Assembly (NCBI GenBank): GCA_017439345.1
Contig: JAFSJJ010000010.1
Span: 10,442 to 74,441 of the forward strand
Length of the DNA stretch: 64,000 bases
DNA from: Synergistaceae bacterium
Lineage (GTDB): Bacteria; Synergistota; Synergistia; Synergistales; Aminobacteriaceae
Reading direction: 5' to 3'
Part shown: in pieces, positions 1 through 9,766 of the stretch
Position numbering within the stretch: the stretch's first letter is position 1
Layout: each line of letters opens with the position of its first letter
Notes under the pieces: generated by a model
Told to the model about the DNA's origin: nothing
The model's input: only the letters and a program-made list of their open reading frames with translations
The model's database searches: none
Position numbers and translations under genes: made by a program

Positions 1-777
1 AAGAGACATATTCAAAGCTGCAACGTTATAGCCTTCTTCGACCAAATCTATAACGTATTCAACGCCTTCCATTATGTCGTCAAGAGTTCCTGAACCGTCC
101 GCATTCATTGTCTTGATGGGAATGATTTTAACGTTCCAGTTGACTCCGGTTACGCCTTTAGAGTTATTGCCCCTTGCTCCGATTATGCCTGCAACGTGAG
201 TCCCGTGTCCGTTGTCGTCAAGAGCTGATGAAGTGCCACTCACGAAAGTTTTTGCGAGGTCTTGAGCAACATTAGGCTCTAAGTCCGGATTAGTCCAGTC
301 AACTCCGGTGTCGATTACAGCAACGTAAATATTATCGCTTCCCGTTGCAACGTCCCATGCATCAGGAGCGTTAATATAATCCAAGCCCCATAATTCGCTA
401 TACATAGGGTCATTAGGAGTCGCAGATATTCTTGCTATATAGTTCGGGGACGCTGCAATTACGTCAGGATTGTTTAATAATTCTTGTGCGAGTTCATCAG
501 CTTTTTTTGTGTCAGAATGAATTAACCCGAATATATTATTAGACTTGGCTGATAATTTCTTGTAGCTGCTGACAACGTAGGCTCCTGATTGAGATGCAAC
601 TGAAGCGAGTCTTAACGAGTCAACACCTATGCCGCTAAGTGAAGACACGGAGACTTGAGAACTTCCCGGCTTCAACACGACAATGACATCACCGGGCTTA
701 TATTCACTTGCATGGAGACATGAAGCAAACGCGCATATAATAATGAAACATGTGATCAATAATTTTTTTGTTTTCAT
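1..777 (-). CDS. Subtilisin-family serine peptidase (S8), N-terminal 259 codons; the rest lies outside the window
   Basis: Not in the ORF track because it runs off the edge. Hand translation from ATG 777..775 gives MKTKKLLITCFIIICAFASC (signal peptide), then AVIDTGVDWTNPDL (catalytic Asp box) and DDNGHGTHVAGIIGA (catalytic His box). The frame is open to position 1. Confidence 0.85.
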   Translation of the reverse strand, partial: MKTKKLLITCFIIICAFASCLHASEYKPGDVIVVLKPGSSQVSVSSLSGIGVDSLRLASVASQSGAYVVSSYKKLSAKSNNIFGLIHSDTKKADELAQELLNNPDVIAASPNYIARISATPNDPMYSELWGLDYINAPDAWDVATGSDNIYVAVIDTGVDWTNPDLEPNVAQDLAKTFVSGTSSALDDNGHGTHVAGIIGARGNNSKGVTGVNWNVKIIPIKTMNADGSGTLDDIMEGVEYVIDLVEEGYNVAALNMSL

Positions 778-868
778 GATTGAAACATTCTCTCCCTATA
801 AAAGAATTTATTATGACTAAGAATTATATAACAGCATGTATAATTTTTATGGAGGTGTGAAATTACTA

Positions 869-2407
869 ATGCACGAAAATATTATTATTATAAATTGCGG
901 TTCTCAGTTCACGCAGTTAATAGCACGAAGACTCCGTGAAATGAAAATACACAGCGTTATTCTTAACTGGGATGTTAAAGCCTCTGAAGTGTTAAAGCTC
1001 TCCCCCAAAGGCATAATTATCTCAGGAGGCCCCGACAGCGTTAATGAACCTGACGCAATTAATATAGACTCTGAAATATTAAGCGCAGGCTGTCCTGTTC
1101 TTGGAATTTGTTACGGAATGCAGTTAATCACGAAATTAACCGGCGGTGAAGTTAGCTCCGGCAATGCACCTGAATACGGAGTTACGCAAATCACAAAGCA
1201 AAATGATTCGGACTCGTTATTACTCGATAAAAATATTCCTGAAGAGTTCAAGGCTTTAATGAGTCACGGCGATAATGTCTCGAGATTACCTGAAGGCTTC
1301 GTTATCACTTCAAAGACTCAATCAGGAGTCATAGCTTCGATCGAGAATGCTCACAAAAAGTTTTTCGGACTCCAGTTTCATCCTGAAGTCATTCACACTG
1401 AACACGGAGATAAAATCATTCATAACTTCGCGTTTAATGTATGCAAGTGTTCGGGCGACTGGGACTTAACGGACTGGGTGAACACATCAGTTAATAATAT
1501 TCGTAATGCAGTAGGCGATTCAAAAGTAGTGTGCGGTTTATCCGGAGGCGTTGACTCGAGCGTCTGTGCAGTACTCGTTAATAAAGCGATAGGTCAGAAT
1601 CTTCACTGTGTGTTCGTCAATCACGGCTTAATGAGGCTCAATGAACCCGAAGCAGTCATGGCTCAGTATAAAGCACTCGGCCTTAATGTAATTTACGTTG
1701 ATGCAAGCGAAAGATTCTTAGAAGCACTCAAGGGAGTAACTGATCCTGAGAAAAAGCGGCACATAATCGGACATTTATTTATTGATGTGTTCGAGGAGGA
1801 AGCAAAGAAGATTCAGGGCACAGAGTATTTATTACAGGGAACTATTTATCCTGATGTCATAGAGAGCGGCAGCAAGAAGGGAGCAGCGTTAATCAAGTCT
1901 CATCACAACGTAGGCGGCCTGCCTGAGAAAATGAACTTGAAATTGTTAGAGCCTCTTAGAGATTTATTCAAAGATGAAGTGCGTAAACTTGGGAAAATAA
2001 TCAACATGCCTGAGTCAATTATTAACCGTCAGCCTTTCCCTGGACCCGGCCTCGCTGTCAGGTGTCTGGGAGAAATCACCAAAGCAAGACTTGATACTCT
2101 CAGGGCAGCAGATGCAATTTTCAGGACGGAATTGCAAAGAGCTAATCTGTATCAGGATATATGGCAGGCTTTCTGTGTGTTATTACCCGTTAAGAGCGTC
2201 GGCGTTATGGGAGACAGCAGGACATACAGCGAAGTTATAGCACTAAGGGCAATCAATTCACAGGACGCAATGACCGCAGAATTCACCCGAATAGATTATG
2301 ATGTTCTTGACAGAGTCGCAAAACGTATCTGCAACGAAGTCCCCGGAGTAAATAGAATAGTGTTAGATGTTACGTCAAAGCCTCCTGCAACGATTGAATG
2401 GGAGTAA
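869..2407 (+). CDS. guaA: GMP synthase (glutamine-hydrolysing)
   Basis: From ORF 836..2407; start moved to ATG 869 with GGAGGTG 9 nt upstream. It has an N-terminal class-I amidotransferase (GICYGMQ, FHPE), the ATP-PPase loop SGGVDSS, and a C-terminal GMP-synthase domain ending TIEWE. Confidence 0.95.
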   Translation: MHENIIIINCGSQFTQLIARRLREMKIHSVILNWDVKASEVLKLSPKGIIISGGPDSVNEPDAINIDSEILSAGCPVLGICYGMQLITKLTGGEVSSGNAPEYGVTQITKQNDSDSLLLDKNIPEEFKALMSHGDNVSRLPEGFVITSKTQSGVIASIENAHKKFFGLQFHPEVIHTEHGDKIIHNFAFNVCKCSGDWDLTDWVNTSVNNIRNAVGDSKVVCGLSGGVDSSVCAVLVNKAIGQNLHCVFVNHGLMRLNEPEAVMAQYKALGLNVIYVDASERFLEALKGVTDPEKKRHIIGHLFIDVFEEEAKKIQGTEYLLQGTIYPDVIESGSKKGAALIKSHHNVGGLPEKMNLKLLEPLRDLFKDEVRKLGKIINMPESIINRQPFPGPGLAVRCLGEITKARLDTLRAADAIFRTELQRANLYQDIWQAFCVLLPVKSVGVMGDSRTYSEVIALRAINSQDAMTAEFTRIDYDVLDRVAKRICNEVPGVNRIVLDVTSKPPATIEWE

Positions 2408-2410
2408 ATT

Positions 2411-3139
2411 TTAGTTCGTAGTCCTGTATAAATCCTGTATATCAATACGGGACTGCATATTTTCTCTCAAGGATCTGCGCGATGAATTATTATTATTTGC
2501 CTGAGTCGTATTCTTTGCACCTGCACCCTGTCCACTGAGTGAGTAGACGAAATTACGCTTCTCATAGCTCAAAGTTACGCTGTCCCTGTTTATGGCTGTT
2601 ATTCGACCTAAACCGCCGGGCAGCTTATTTCCCCTTTTGACTATTAAGCCCGTATTATTCGGAGTGTTTATCACAGCGAGTCTGTTTTTGCCTGTTAACA
2701 TGACTGCTTTGACTTCAATTTCAGGAGGAGTTATCTCTTGAATGACAGGGACTTCGGGTATATTAAGATTTCCGTTTTCAGCAAGAGTTATATTATCTGT
2801 TCCGTTAATATTTTCTATGTCAGTGTTAAATAATCTCCTGTTCATGGCAGTCATAGAACCTGCAAGAATGCTCCCGTCCTCGCGTTTATGTTTTACAAGA
2901 TTGATGCGCTCTATGAGTTTGTTAATATTTACGTCATTTCTTGAACGCCTGGTTACTATTGGTGAGTCCGGAGAAATTTCCGAAAGCTCCTCAGATTTCA
3001 AGTAATTCATGACAGCCCAAACACTGCCCATAATCAGGACAGAAAAATATATTAGCCTGAGAATTTTTGATCTCTCGCCGATCTGAATTCCTGAAAGATT
3101 TTCCCATAAAAATATAAACGCGCTTTTTAGATTTCCCAT
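2411..3139 (-). CDS. Membrane-anchored hypothetical protein, possible PilP/GspC-type beta domain
   Basis: Has an N-terminal TM helix (LIYFSVLIMGSVWAVM). The C-terminal beta-rich segment AVMLTGKNRLAVINTP...GNKLPGGLGRITAINRDSVTLSY resembles PilP/GspC domains by eye only. The tail is Asn-rich. Confidence 0.5.
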   Translation of the reverse strand: MGNLKSAFIFLWENLSGIQIGERSKILRLIYFSVLIMGSVWAVMNYLKSEELSEISPDSPIVTRRSRNDVNINKLIERINLVKHKREDGSILAGSMTAMNRRLFNTDIENINGTDNITLAENGNLNIPEVPVIQEITPPEIEVKAVMLTGKNRLAVINTPNNTGLIVKRGNKLPGGLGRITAINRDSVTLSYEKRNFVYSLSGQGAGAKNTTQANNNNSSRRSLRENMQSRIDIQDLYRTTN

Positions 3140-3154
3140 TTTAATTATTTCCTG

Positions 3155-3688
3155 TTAATTATTATTATTATTTTTATTATTTTCACTAGTTTCGTTCATG
3201 AGAGCTGCAAGAGTTACATCAGCCGTAACGAAAAGCGATGGAGCATCTTTGTCCCTCTGAATCTTTATACTCGTAATCTTTCCTGCTGTAGACATTGCCC
3301 GCCAGTCTGCTATTAAGTGCATTAAGCTGTAATATCCGCCCCTGAGATTCATAGTTATAGAACTGCTGCTTTGTCTGGTAGTAATTATATTTACCCCGTT
3401 ATTCTCTGCTGCCTGTCTGACGTAAGCATAAAATTCTACTATATCTGAAGCCGGCCTGATATTTTTAGGAGTTGATGCTTCGACCTTCCGAAGATTGTCC
3501 TGGACAATCGAAAAATTTTCAACTGTAAGAACTAAATCTGCCCGTTCGTTTTCAAGCGAGTCATACTCTTCACGCATTACTTCAAGCAAATGAACAGGAT
3601 ACCATGTTATTACGCATATAAGAATGCAAATTCCTGATAATACTCCTGCAAGAGCTAGAACTAATCTTTGATCAACGTCTGAATTCAT
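3155..3688 (-). CDS. Membrane-anchored hypothetical protein, PilO/GspM-like architecture
   Basis: Architecture is an N-terminal TM helix (LVLALAGVLSGICILICVITW), a coiled-coil stretch, then a small alpha/beta domain (GGYYSLMHLIADWRAMSTAGKITSIKIQRD). It ends in a poly-Asn tail. The family call is by architecture only. Confidence 0.5.
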   Translation of the reverse strand: MNSDVDQRLVLALAGVLSGICILICVITWYPVHLLEVMREEYDSLENERADLVLTVENFSIVQDNLRKVEASTPKNIRPASDIVEFYAYVRQAAENNGVNIITTRQSSSSITMNLRGGYYSLMHLIADWRAMSTAGKITSIKIQRDKDAPSLFVTADVTLAALMNETSENNKNNNNN

Positions 3689-3691
3689 GAT

Positions 3692-4300
3692 TTAATTACG
3701 GGATTTGTAAGCCAGACCCGTTATAGCTGTAACTGATTTAACCGGAGTCATCATCATAGAGCGAGTTACAGATAATCCGATTCTCTTATGTGCATTTAAT
3801 ATCATAATTATGTCCTCGATTACGCTTAGATTTAAATCACCGTAGCCGGGGCTGAATCTCGATGTCATGAATTCGCCCTCATGAAGTTCCGGAGCAATTT
3901 CTGATTTCATGAACTGGTCAATAAATGCGTCAATCCTGACCGAAGCACACGCATCAAGAGCAAGACCGTCAAGCATATTCTTTTGCTGAGAGATGGTTAT
4001 CTGCCTGTCGACCTCAAGGCCAAGAGTAGCCGCAAGTAAAATGCAGTCCCTAGACCTTGAAGTCAGGCGTTCAATATCTTCACTGTAGATATATGCTCCT
4101 GCAACTTCTATGCCTCCGTCAAAGCGAATAACAGGGAACCTGGCCCATACACATCTAGGCTGAATGAATGTCTCTAGTCTCTCGAAAGCGTTTTTCACAG
4201 TCTTGATTAACTCCTCGTCATGTATACTTGAAGGCACACGCATATAACGCAGGGCATCAGTGATTAATTTGTCAGTTATATTAGTTATGAGAAATTTCAT
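3692..4300 (-). CDS. Methionine synthase activation (AdoMet-binding) domain protein, stand-alone
   Basis: From ORF 3692..4336; start moved to ATG 4300 (MKFLITN). It carries ALRYMRVP near the N-terminus and the characteristic FSPGYGDLNL...IGLSVTRSMMMTPVKSVTAITG C-terminal motif. It overlaps the metF stop, so the two are likely coupled. Confidence 0.75.
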   Translation of the reverse strand: MKFLITNITDKLITDALRYMRVPSSIHDEELIKTVKNAFERLETFIQPRCVWARFPVIRFDGGIEVAGAYIYSEDIERLTSRSRDCILLAATLGLEVDRQITISQQKNMLDGLALDACASVRIDAFIDQFMKSEIAPELHEGEFMTSRFSPGYGDLNLSVIEDIIMILNAHKRIGLSVTRSMMMTPVKSVTAITGLAYKSRN

Positions 4301-5168
4301 AACGCTTTGTGTATAACACCGAACGAATTCCTGCATCGATTCGGCGCACTGTATCAGCTTGATTCATAGTATATAAGTGAATTCCTTCAACGTCTCTTGC
4401 AAGAAGGTCTATTATCTGCTCAGCTGCGTAGGCAATACCGGCTTCCTTAACTGCTCCTGCGTGATGGCCGTATGCGTTCACGAATCTCCTGACTCTTTCG
4501 GGCACAGAAGCTCCGCACATCTCTACAACTTTGCTGATCTGGGCGGCACTGGTTATGGGCATTATTCCGGCTATAATAGGCTGAGTTATTCCCATGTCCC
4601 TGACTCGTTCTTTCCAGTTCGAGAAAATATCATTATCAAAGAATAATTGCGATATAAGAGCTTTGACTCCCAGCTTGCATTTTTCCTTGAGGTGCTTCAA
4701 GTCGTCTTCAACTGAATCAGCCTCCGGGTGTTTCTCAGGGTAACATGCAGCGAACACATCAAAATCATCGCCGTACTCGCCCTTAATGAACTCGATTAAC
4801 TCAGAAGCATGGTGAAATTCTCCTAAGTCTGACTCGTCTTTAAGATCGCCCCTGAGAGCAAGAATATTTTTAACGTTATTTGCCTTGAGCTGTTCGAGGA
4901 TTCCCCGAATATTTTCGCGAGTGCTGCCTACGCATGTTAAGTGAGCTACTCCGCAGACGTGATATTTATTCTGGATTCCTGAAGCAATTTCTACGGTGTT
5001 ATCGCGGCTTGAACCTCCTGCCCCGTAAGTTACGCTGATTAAGTCCGGGTTAAAACTTACTAGACTGTCTATGACTGCATAAGTTCCCTCGAGGCTTTTA
5101 TTGCCCTTAGGAGGAAATATCTCAAAAGTGTAGCTTGGTGCAGGTTTAGTAAAAAAGTTCTCCATCAT
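4281..5168 (-). CDS. metF: 5,10-methylenetetrahydrofolate reductase
   Basis: 295 aa with FEIFPPK, SVTYGAGGS and HLTCVG motifs typical of the MetF TIM barrel. Confidence 0.9.
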   Translation of the reverse strand: MMENFFTKPAPSYTFEIFPPKGNKSLEGTYAVIDSLVSFNPDLISVTYGAGGSSRDNTVEIASGIQNKYHVCGVAHLTCVGSTRENIRGILEQLKANNVKNILALRGDLKDESDLGEFHHASELIEFIKGEYGDDFDVFAACYPEKHPEADSVEDDLKHLKEKCKLGVKALISQLFFDNDIFSNWKERVRDMGITQPIIAGIMPITSAAQISKVVEMCGASVPERVRRFVNAYGHHAGAVKEAGIAYAAEQIIDLLARDVEGIHLYTMNQADTVRRIDAGIRSVLYTKRYEISHN

Positions 5169-5258
5169 GATATTAAAAAAGTTTTTCTCCCTCGTAAAAA
5201 ATAAAAAAGTTAATTGCTGTATGTTATCTGATAAACAAAATTTTTCAAGCTGAATTAT

Positions 5259-6218
5259 TTATTTACCCTGAGCAAACAGCCAGTCCCTTAACGCCTGAAT
5301 TCTATACGCGTAATCAAATGAGCTCATGTGTTCAGAATATTGAACTTGGCCTTCAGTTAAAGCTGGTAAAGTGCTGCCCTGCCTGAAAGTTATAAACGTG
5401 TGAGCCTGTGATTTATTAAGTGTTAAGTCCGGATTCTTAGCGTCAACGTTACTGAACGAGTCAAATTTAATATTATCCCGCCTGAACATGTCCATAACTT
5501 CGCGCTGACCTGCTGAGGCTTTATCATCACCAGCTGAAGTGATATAAATAAATTTCTGAGACTCAAGCCCGTTTAATTCTTTAATATCCCATTGACCGGA
5601 CACGAATAAACATGCCGTGAACAAATCAGGGTTATTCGCTGCCAGTAAAAGCAGTGTCATACAGCCCATTGACTGTCCTGTTGCGTAAACTCTTGATTTA
5701 TCTATGCTGTAGTGATTAATTGCATGAGTAATAAATCTTTTTGTCAAGTTCACATAATCACTGACTTTAAAGCCGTTATGATCGCCAAGTATAACTTCAG
5801 GATAAAACGGAACTATAACAACGCATTTATATTTTTCCCAAACAAGTGCGCCGTAACCCTGCCTTATAGAGAAATCTGAAGGTTTGCCTGCTGCGCTTGC
5901 GTCTGCGATAAAGAATATCACGGGAAATTTTTTATCAGTCGAATAATCATCAGGGAAGCAAATATTATACTGAATGCTTTTGCCTGTTATATCATCGCTG
6001 AAAGTCTTAACCTGAAATTTATTTATTGACTCGTTTATGAGCGTATTTAACTCTTCATCGCTTGATTTATCAGGACGAAATATTTTAGCGCGTGCCTGAG
6101 TATCTGACTTTGACTTCGAGTGAAAATTTTCGTCAGCACTTCCTGCCCATGAAGCAAGAGAATAAGCAAGAATAATAATTGCCGCAAGAAAAATTTTTGC
6201 TGTCTTAATCTTAATCAT
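5259..6218 (-). CDS. Secreted alpha/beta-hydrolase esterase
   Basis: Has a signal peptide (KIFLAAIIILAYSLASWA) and the nucleophile elbow GQSMGC. It has a 4-nt overlap with the upstream speD. Confidence 0.7.
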   Translation of the reverse strand: MIKIKTAKIFLAAIIILAYSLASWAGSADENFHSKSKSDTQARAKIFRPDKSSDEELNTLINESINKFQVKTFSDDITGKSIQYNICFPDDYSTDKKFPVIFFIADASAAGKPSDFSIRQGYGALVWEKYKCVVIVPFYPEVILGDHNGFKVSDYVNLTKRFITHAINHYSIDKSRVYATGQSMGCMTLLLLAANNPDLFTACLFVSGQWDIKELNGLESQKFIYITSAGDDKASAGQREVMDMFRRDNIKFDSFSNVDAKNPDLTLNKSQAHTFITFRQGSTLPALTEGQVQYSEHMSSFDYAYRIQALRDWLFAQGK

Positions 6219-6631
6219 GACTGCTTTGCACCGTTAATCCTGTCTTCTTCCCAAGTTATGAACGAGTGATAATATTTCTGGTCATCATCATCAAGTCCGC
6301 GGCTTATTTCAGTTATGTGAATATGTGAAGCGTGAACTTGTTCTAATACATAATCAACGGCTAACATAGGCTCAGTGTGTTCACCGCAAGTGTAAATATC
6401 CAGAGCCATATAATTAACTTCCGGCCACGTATGAACAGAAAGATGCGACTCGCTGATGACGACTACTCCGCTTACTCCGCTAGGGGGGAATTTGTGAAAA
6501 GATACCGACCATACTTGAGCGTGTGCTCTTCTGGCAGCTTCAGTTAATATATCCTGAAGTTTTGATACGTTAGTGATAGTGTCATCACAGCCAGAAACTT
6601 CGACGATATAATGAACACCCTTAGGGGACAA
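6215..6631 (-). CDS. speD: S-adenosylmethionine decarboxylase proenzyme (pyruvoyl type)
   Basis: 138 aa with VVVISESHLSVHTWPE, the self-cleavage (E-S) motif of class-1 AdoMetDC. Confidence 0.85.
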   Translation of the reverse strand: MSPKGVHYIVEVSGCDDTITNVSKLQDILTEAARRAHAQVWSVSFHKFPPSGVSGVVVISESHLSVHTWPEVNYMALDIYTCGEHTEPMLAVDYVLEQVHASHIHITEISRGLDDDDQKYYHSFITWEEDRINGAKQS

Positions 6632-6704
6632 AATTAATCAGCCTCCTGAATAAAAAAATTAAAGAATATATTAATGAAAACTAAAAAATTTTATCACATA
6701 ACGC

Positions 6705-6737
6705 AAAAAAAACAGCAGACCCGTAATGAGTCCGCTG
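6705..6737 (-). terminator. Rho-independent terminator after the S9 peptidase gene
   Basis: On the minus strand: CAGCGGAC - 9-nt loop - GTCTGCTG (8 bp including one G-U), followed by T8. Confidence 0.6.
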
Positions 6738-6757
6738 CCCTGTGAGCAAAATAATAA

Positions 6758-8650
6758 TTAACGGGAGCCTAAATGCTTTCTGAAAAATTCCTCAAGCTGC
6801 CTGTAAAAATCGAATCTGTTCTCCTCGTTAGAAAATCCGTGTCCTTCGTTATCTTTGACCAGATAGACGACATCTTTACCTGCTTTTCTTACTGCTTCGA
6901 CTATCTGATCTGACTCTGCTTTATTAACTCTAGGATCATTTGCACCCTGAGCTACGAACAACGGAATATTAATTTTATCAGCGTGAAATACCGGCGAGAC
7001 TTCTTCGAGTAATGCTTTGTCTTTGCTTGGATCTCCTATCATCTCATACTCCATCTCGAGAAAAGGCTTCCAGTAAGGGGGAATGCTCTCTAACAACGTG
7101 AAAATATTTGACGGACCGACATAGCTCACTGCACACGCATATAAATCAGGAGTGAAGACTGCTCCTGCGAGTGCTGCATAACCGCCGTAACTGCCTCCGT
7201 AGATTGCAAGTTTATTCTTGTCTGCTATGTCCTGAGATACTGCCCAGAGTACACCGTCCGTTATATCATCCTGCATTTTCCTGCCCCACTGCTTGAAACC
7301 TGCCTGCCAGAAATTTTTGCCGTAACCAGTTGAACCCCTGTAATTAACCTGCAAGACTGCTATGCCCCTATTTGCCAAGAACTGAGCTTCAGAGTCAAAG
7401 CCCCAGCCGTCTCTAGCACTTGGCCCCCCGTGAGGAATGACGACTAAAGGCAATTTAACCGGATTAATTCCAACAGGAAGAGTCAAATAGCCGTGAATTA
7501 ATAAGCCGTCCCGAGCATTAAAACTTATTGCTTTCATGGGAGCCATGTTCTCTTCTTTGAGCCATGGTGATAACTCAGCAAGTTTTGACATTGAATTATC
7601 TTTGCTGTCATATAGATAATATGTGCCTCTAGTTCTGTCGCTGTAAGTCCTGATTATGAATTTGCGTTCGTCGTCGTCCATATCTGCAATGCTGACTTCA
7701 TAATTTGGGAAAAATTCCTCAAGAGTTTTCTGCAATGCTTCTCTGTCAGCGTCAAAAAATTTGTAGTGCCTCTTGTCGGTCGTGTAAGTTACGCCTGTGA
7801 TAATTCTTTTTTTCTTAGAGTGAAGTATGCCTCCTGTGTCGACTTCAGGATGTTCAAATATTAAGTCAAGTAATTTGTTTTCGTCAGGATCGAATTTATA
7901 TATAGCAGTCTTGTCGTGGCTTAAATTGCTTGCAACGTACATGAATTTATTGTCATAGTCAAATAATACCGGAGCAAACTCTTCTTTAAAGTTAGTCGTG
8001 ATTAATTTCCTGAAAGGTTCTGACTCGTTAGCCCTGTATAAAAAACTTGTGTTGACTCCGTCAGTCTCCCAAGCACATCTTAATTTTCCGTTATGGTCAG
8101 TCATCCAGCCGGTGATATTTCCGGGATTCTCTGCTATTAAGACAAGCTCGCCTGTATTAATATCGCACCTGTAAATATCAAAGACTTCGGGATTATTTTT
8201 ATTCATGTCTATTAACATGTGATTAGGGTCATCTTCAAGATCGTCAAGAATGCCTGCTTTGACCTTCTCAAACGGAGTCAAGTCCCTGGCTTCAGAGCCT
8301 TTTATATCAGTGATATAGACGTGATAATTTTCATCGCCGCCCGAATCCTGAGCAAAAACTATTTTATCGCTGCCCTTCCAGAAAAAGCCTGCTATGTCGC
8401 GTTCAGTTGCTGAAGTTATGCGTTTCTCTATGCCTGTTGCAATTTCCCTGACATAAACATTCATTCTATGTTCCCAAGGCTTAAAGAAAGCTAATCTTGT
8501 CCCGTCCGGTGAGATTGAGAAGCCTGCGTTATCAGGATTCCTGAAAAAGTCTTCCATAGGCAATATGGGAGGCATGGCAGCAAGGGCTGAAGCTGCAGGT
8601 AAGAACATAAACATGAATAGTGCGATAAAAAATAATCTCGTCGTTATCAT
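6758..8650 (-). CDS. Secreted S9 family serine peptidase (prolyl oligopeptidase / dipeptidyl aminopeptidase type)
   Basis: Has a signal peptide, a beta-propeller-like N-terminal half, a C-terminal alpha/beta hydrolase with GGSYGGY, and a late GHGF His motif. Confidence 0.85.
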   Translation of the reverse strand: MITTRLFFIALFMFMFLPAASALAAMPPILPMEDFFRNPDNAGFSISPDGTRLAFFKPWEHRMNVYVREIATGIEKRITSATERDIAGFFWKGSDKIVFAQDSGGDENYHVYITDIKGSEARDLTPFEKVKAGILDDLEDDPNHMLIDMNKNNPEVFDIYRCDINTGELVLIAENPGNITGWMTDHNGKLRCAWETDGVNTSFLYRANESEPFRKLITTNFKEEFAPVLFDYDNKFMYVASNLSHDKTAIYKFDPDENKLLDLIFEHPEVDTGGILHSKKKRIITGVTYTTDKRHYKFFDADREALQKTLEEFFPNYEVSIADMDDDERKFIIRTYSDRTRGTYYLYDSKDNSMSKLAELSPWLKEENMAPMKAISFNARDGLLIHGYLTLPVGINPVKLPLVVIPHGGPSARDGWGFDSEAQFLANRGIAVLQVNYRGSTGYGKNFWQAGFKQWGRKMQDDITDGVLWAVSQDIADKNKLAIYGGSYGGYAALAGAVFTPDLYACAVSYVGPSNIFTLLESIPPYWKPFLEMEYEMIGDPSKDKALLEEVSPVFHADKINIPLFVAQGANDPRVNKAESDQIVEAVRKAGKDVVYLVKDNEGHGFSNEENRFDFYRQLEEFFRKHLGSR

Positions 8651-8765
8651 TGTGAACGAAGACTCCTTTCATTTATTTTATTTATATATTTATCTATCAG
8701 TGTGAATTTTGAATTATATCATGAGTAAATAAATATTAAAGTCTGCCATCGTCCAGCCTGCAAAG

Positions 8766-9701
8766 TTATTCAGTTATGCCCGTAGCTTGAGATGCAAGTT
8801 CCGGAGAAAAGCCCATTTCGAGCAGCTTTTGATAAATATTCCTGCTTGCCTCTGCTTTACCATCAAGCAAACCCTTAGCTATTCCTTCGCGTCTGCCTTC
8901 ACGCCTGCCTTTAGCTTCGCCTTTAGCTACCTGCCGTGAAAGAAAGTTATCCATTGTTACTTTGTCTCCTTTCTCGTAATCATAAAGAATTCTGTTTTGT
9001 GCATATTCAAAAGTTTTATCGCCTGTCAATGCCCTCATCAGCTTTAACAGGGAGTCAACGTGTTCAATCTCCCATTTTGAAGCCTTGTAGTTCTTAGTAA
9101 TTCTCTTCTGCCTGAAGTAATCTACGACGATCCTGAAATCACTCGTAAACTTCGCCGCTTGTTCGTCAGTGAGCCACGCAATTTCTATTATATTAAGTTT
9201 TGCATCGTTCACAAACGGCCTAAAGCTCTTGGGAATATCCAGACATTCAAAAAGTGTTCGGGGCTTCTTCCAGCATCTCATGCCGTAATATAACACGATT
9301 GTTACTACAGGATAAAATTTCGTGTTAAGAAGTCTTTTCACTTCCTCAGAGTCCTCTGCTTTCTTGGCTGCCTTTATATCATCATCGCGTCTGGTTATCT
9401 GTACCCGATAGTCTCCTCCCTCGTAACCTGCGACTCTGACCGGCATTGCTTTATCAATCGTGCTTTGGTTCTCAAGACCTAGAAGACAAAAAATTATTCC
9501 GCCCTTAGTCCATAATTTAACGGTGTCCCGTTCCTGCTCGTGTATCTCTCCTGATGACGAATAAACATTTCGAGTCCTGACATCCTGCAAGTCCTCAGGA
9601 GCTATTTTTTCATCAAGAGGCAGCAAACCGTTAATAATATCTGCAAAGACATCGTTATAATCTTCAAGTTTTTTCTCAAGTATATCTTTATCGTGAGTCA
9701 T
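8766..9701 (-). CDS. Rpn/YhgA-family recombination-promoting nuclease (putative transposase-like PD-(D/E)XK)
   Basis: 311 aa with an N-terminal DVFADIINGLL region and the family-typical C-terminal KGxxEG-type repeats (GEAKGRREGRREGIAKGLLDG). Confidence 0.7.
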   Translation of the reverse strand: MTHDKDILEKKLEDYNDVFADIINGLLPLDEKIAPEDLQDVRTRNVYSSSGEIHEQERDTVKLWTKGGIIFCLLGLENQSTIDKAMPVRVAGYEGGDYRVQITRRDDDIKAAKKAEDSEEVKRLLNTKFYPVVTIVLYYGMRCWKKPRTLFECLDIPKSFRPFVNDAKLNIIEIAWLTDEQAAKFTSDFRIVVDYFRQKRITKNYKASKWEIEHVDSLLKLMRALTGDKTFEYAQNRILYDYEKGDKVTMDNFLSRQVAKGEAKGRREGRREGIAKGLLDGKAEASRNIYQKLLEMGFSPELASQATGITE

Positions 9702-9766
9702 AATGTGATAAATTTAGCGTGATATTAAATTTTTTGCTATTCGTAATTTTATGGAGGACTCTTAAC

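Noticed and set aside
5169-5258. I looked for a SAM riboswitch upstream of metF. I also looked for a lysine riboswitch upstream of lysC (17256-17401).
   Set aside because: The regions are too short and AT-rich, and they lack the conserved helices and core motifs I would expect. No claim is made.
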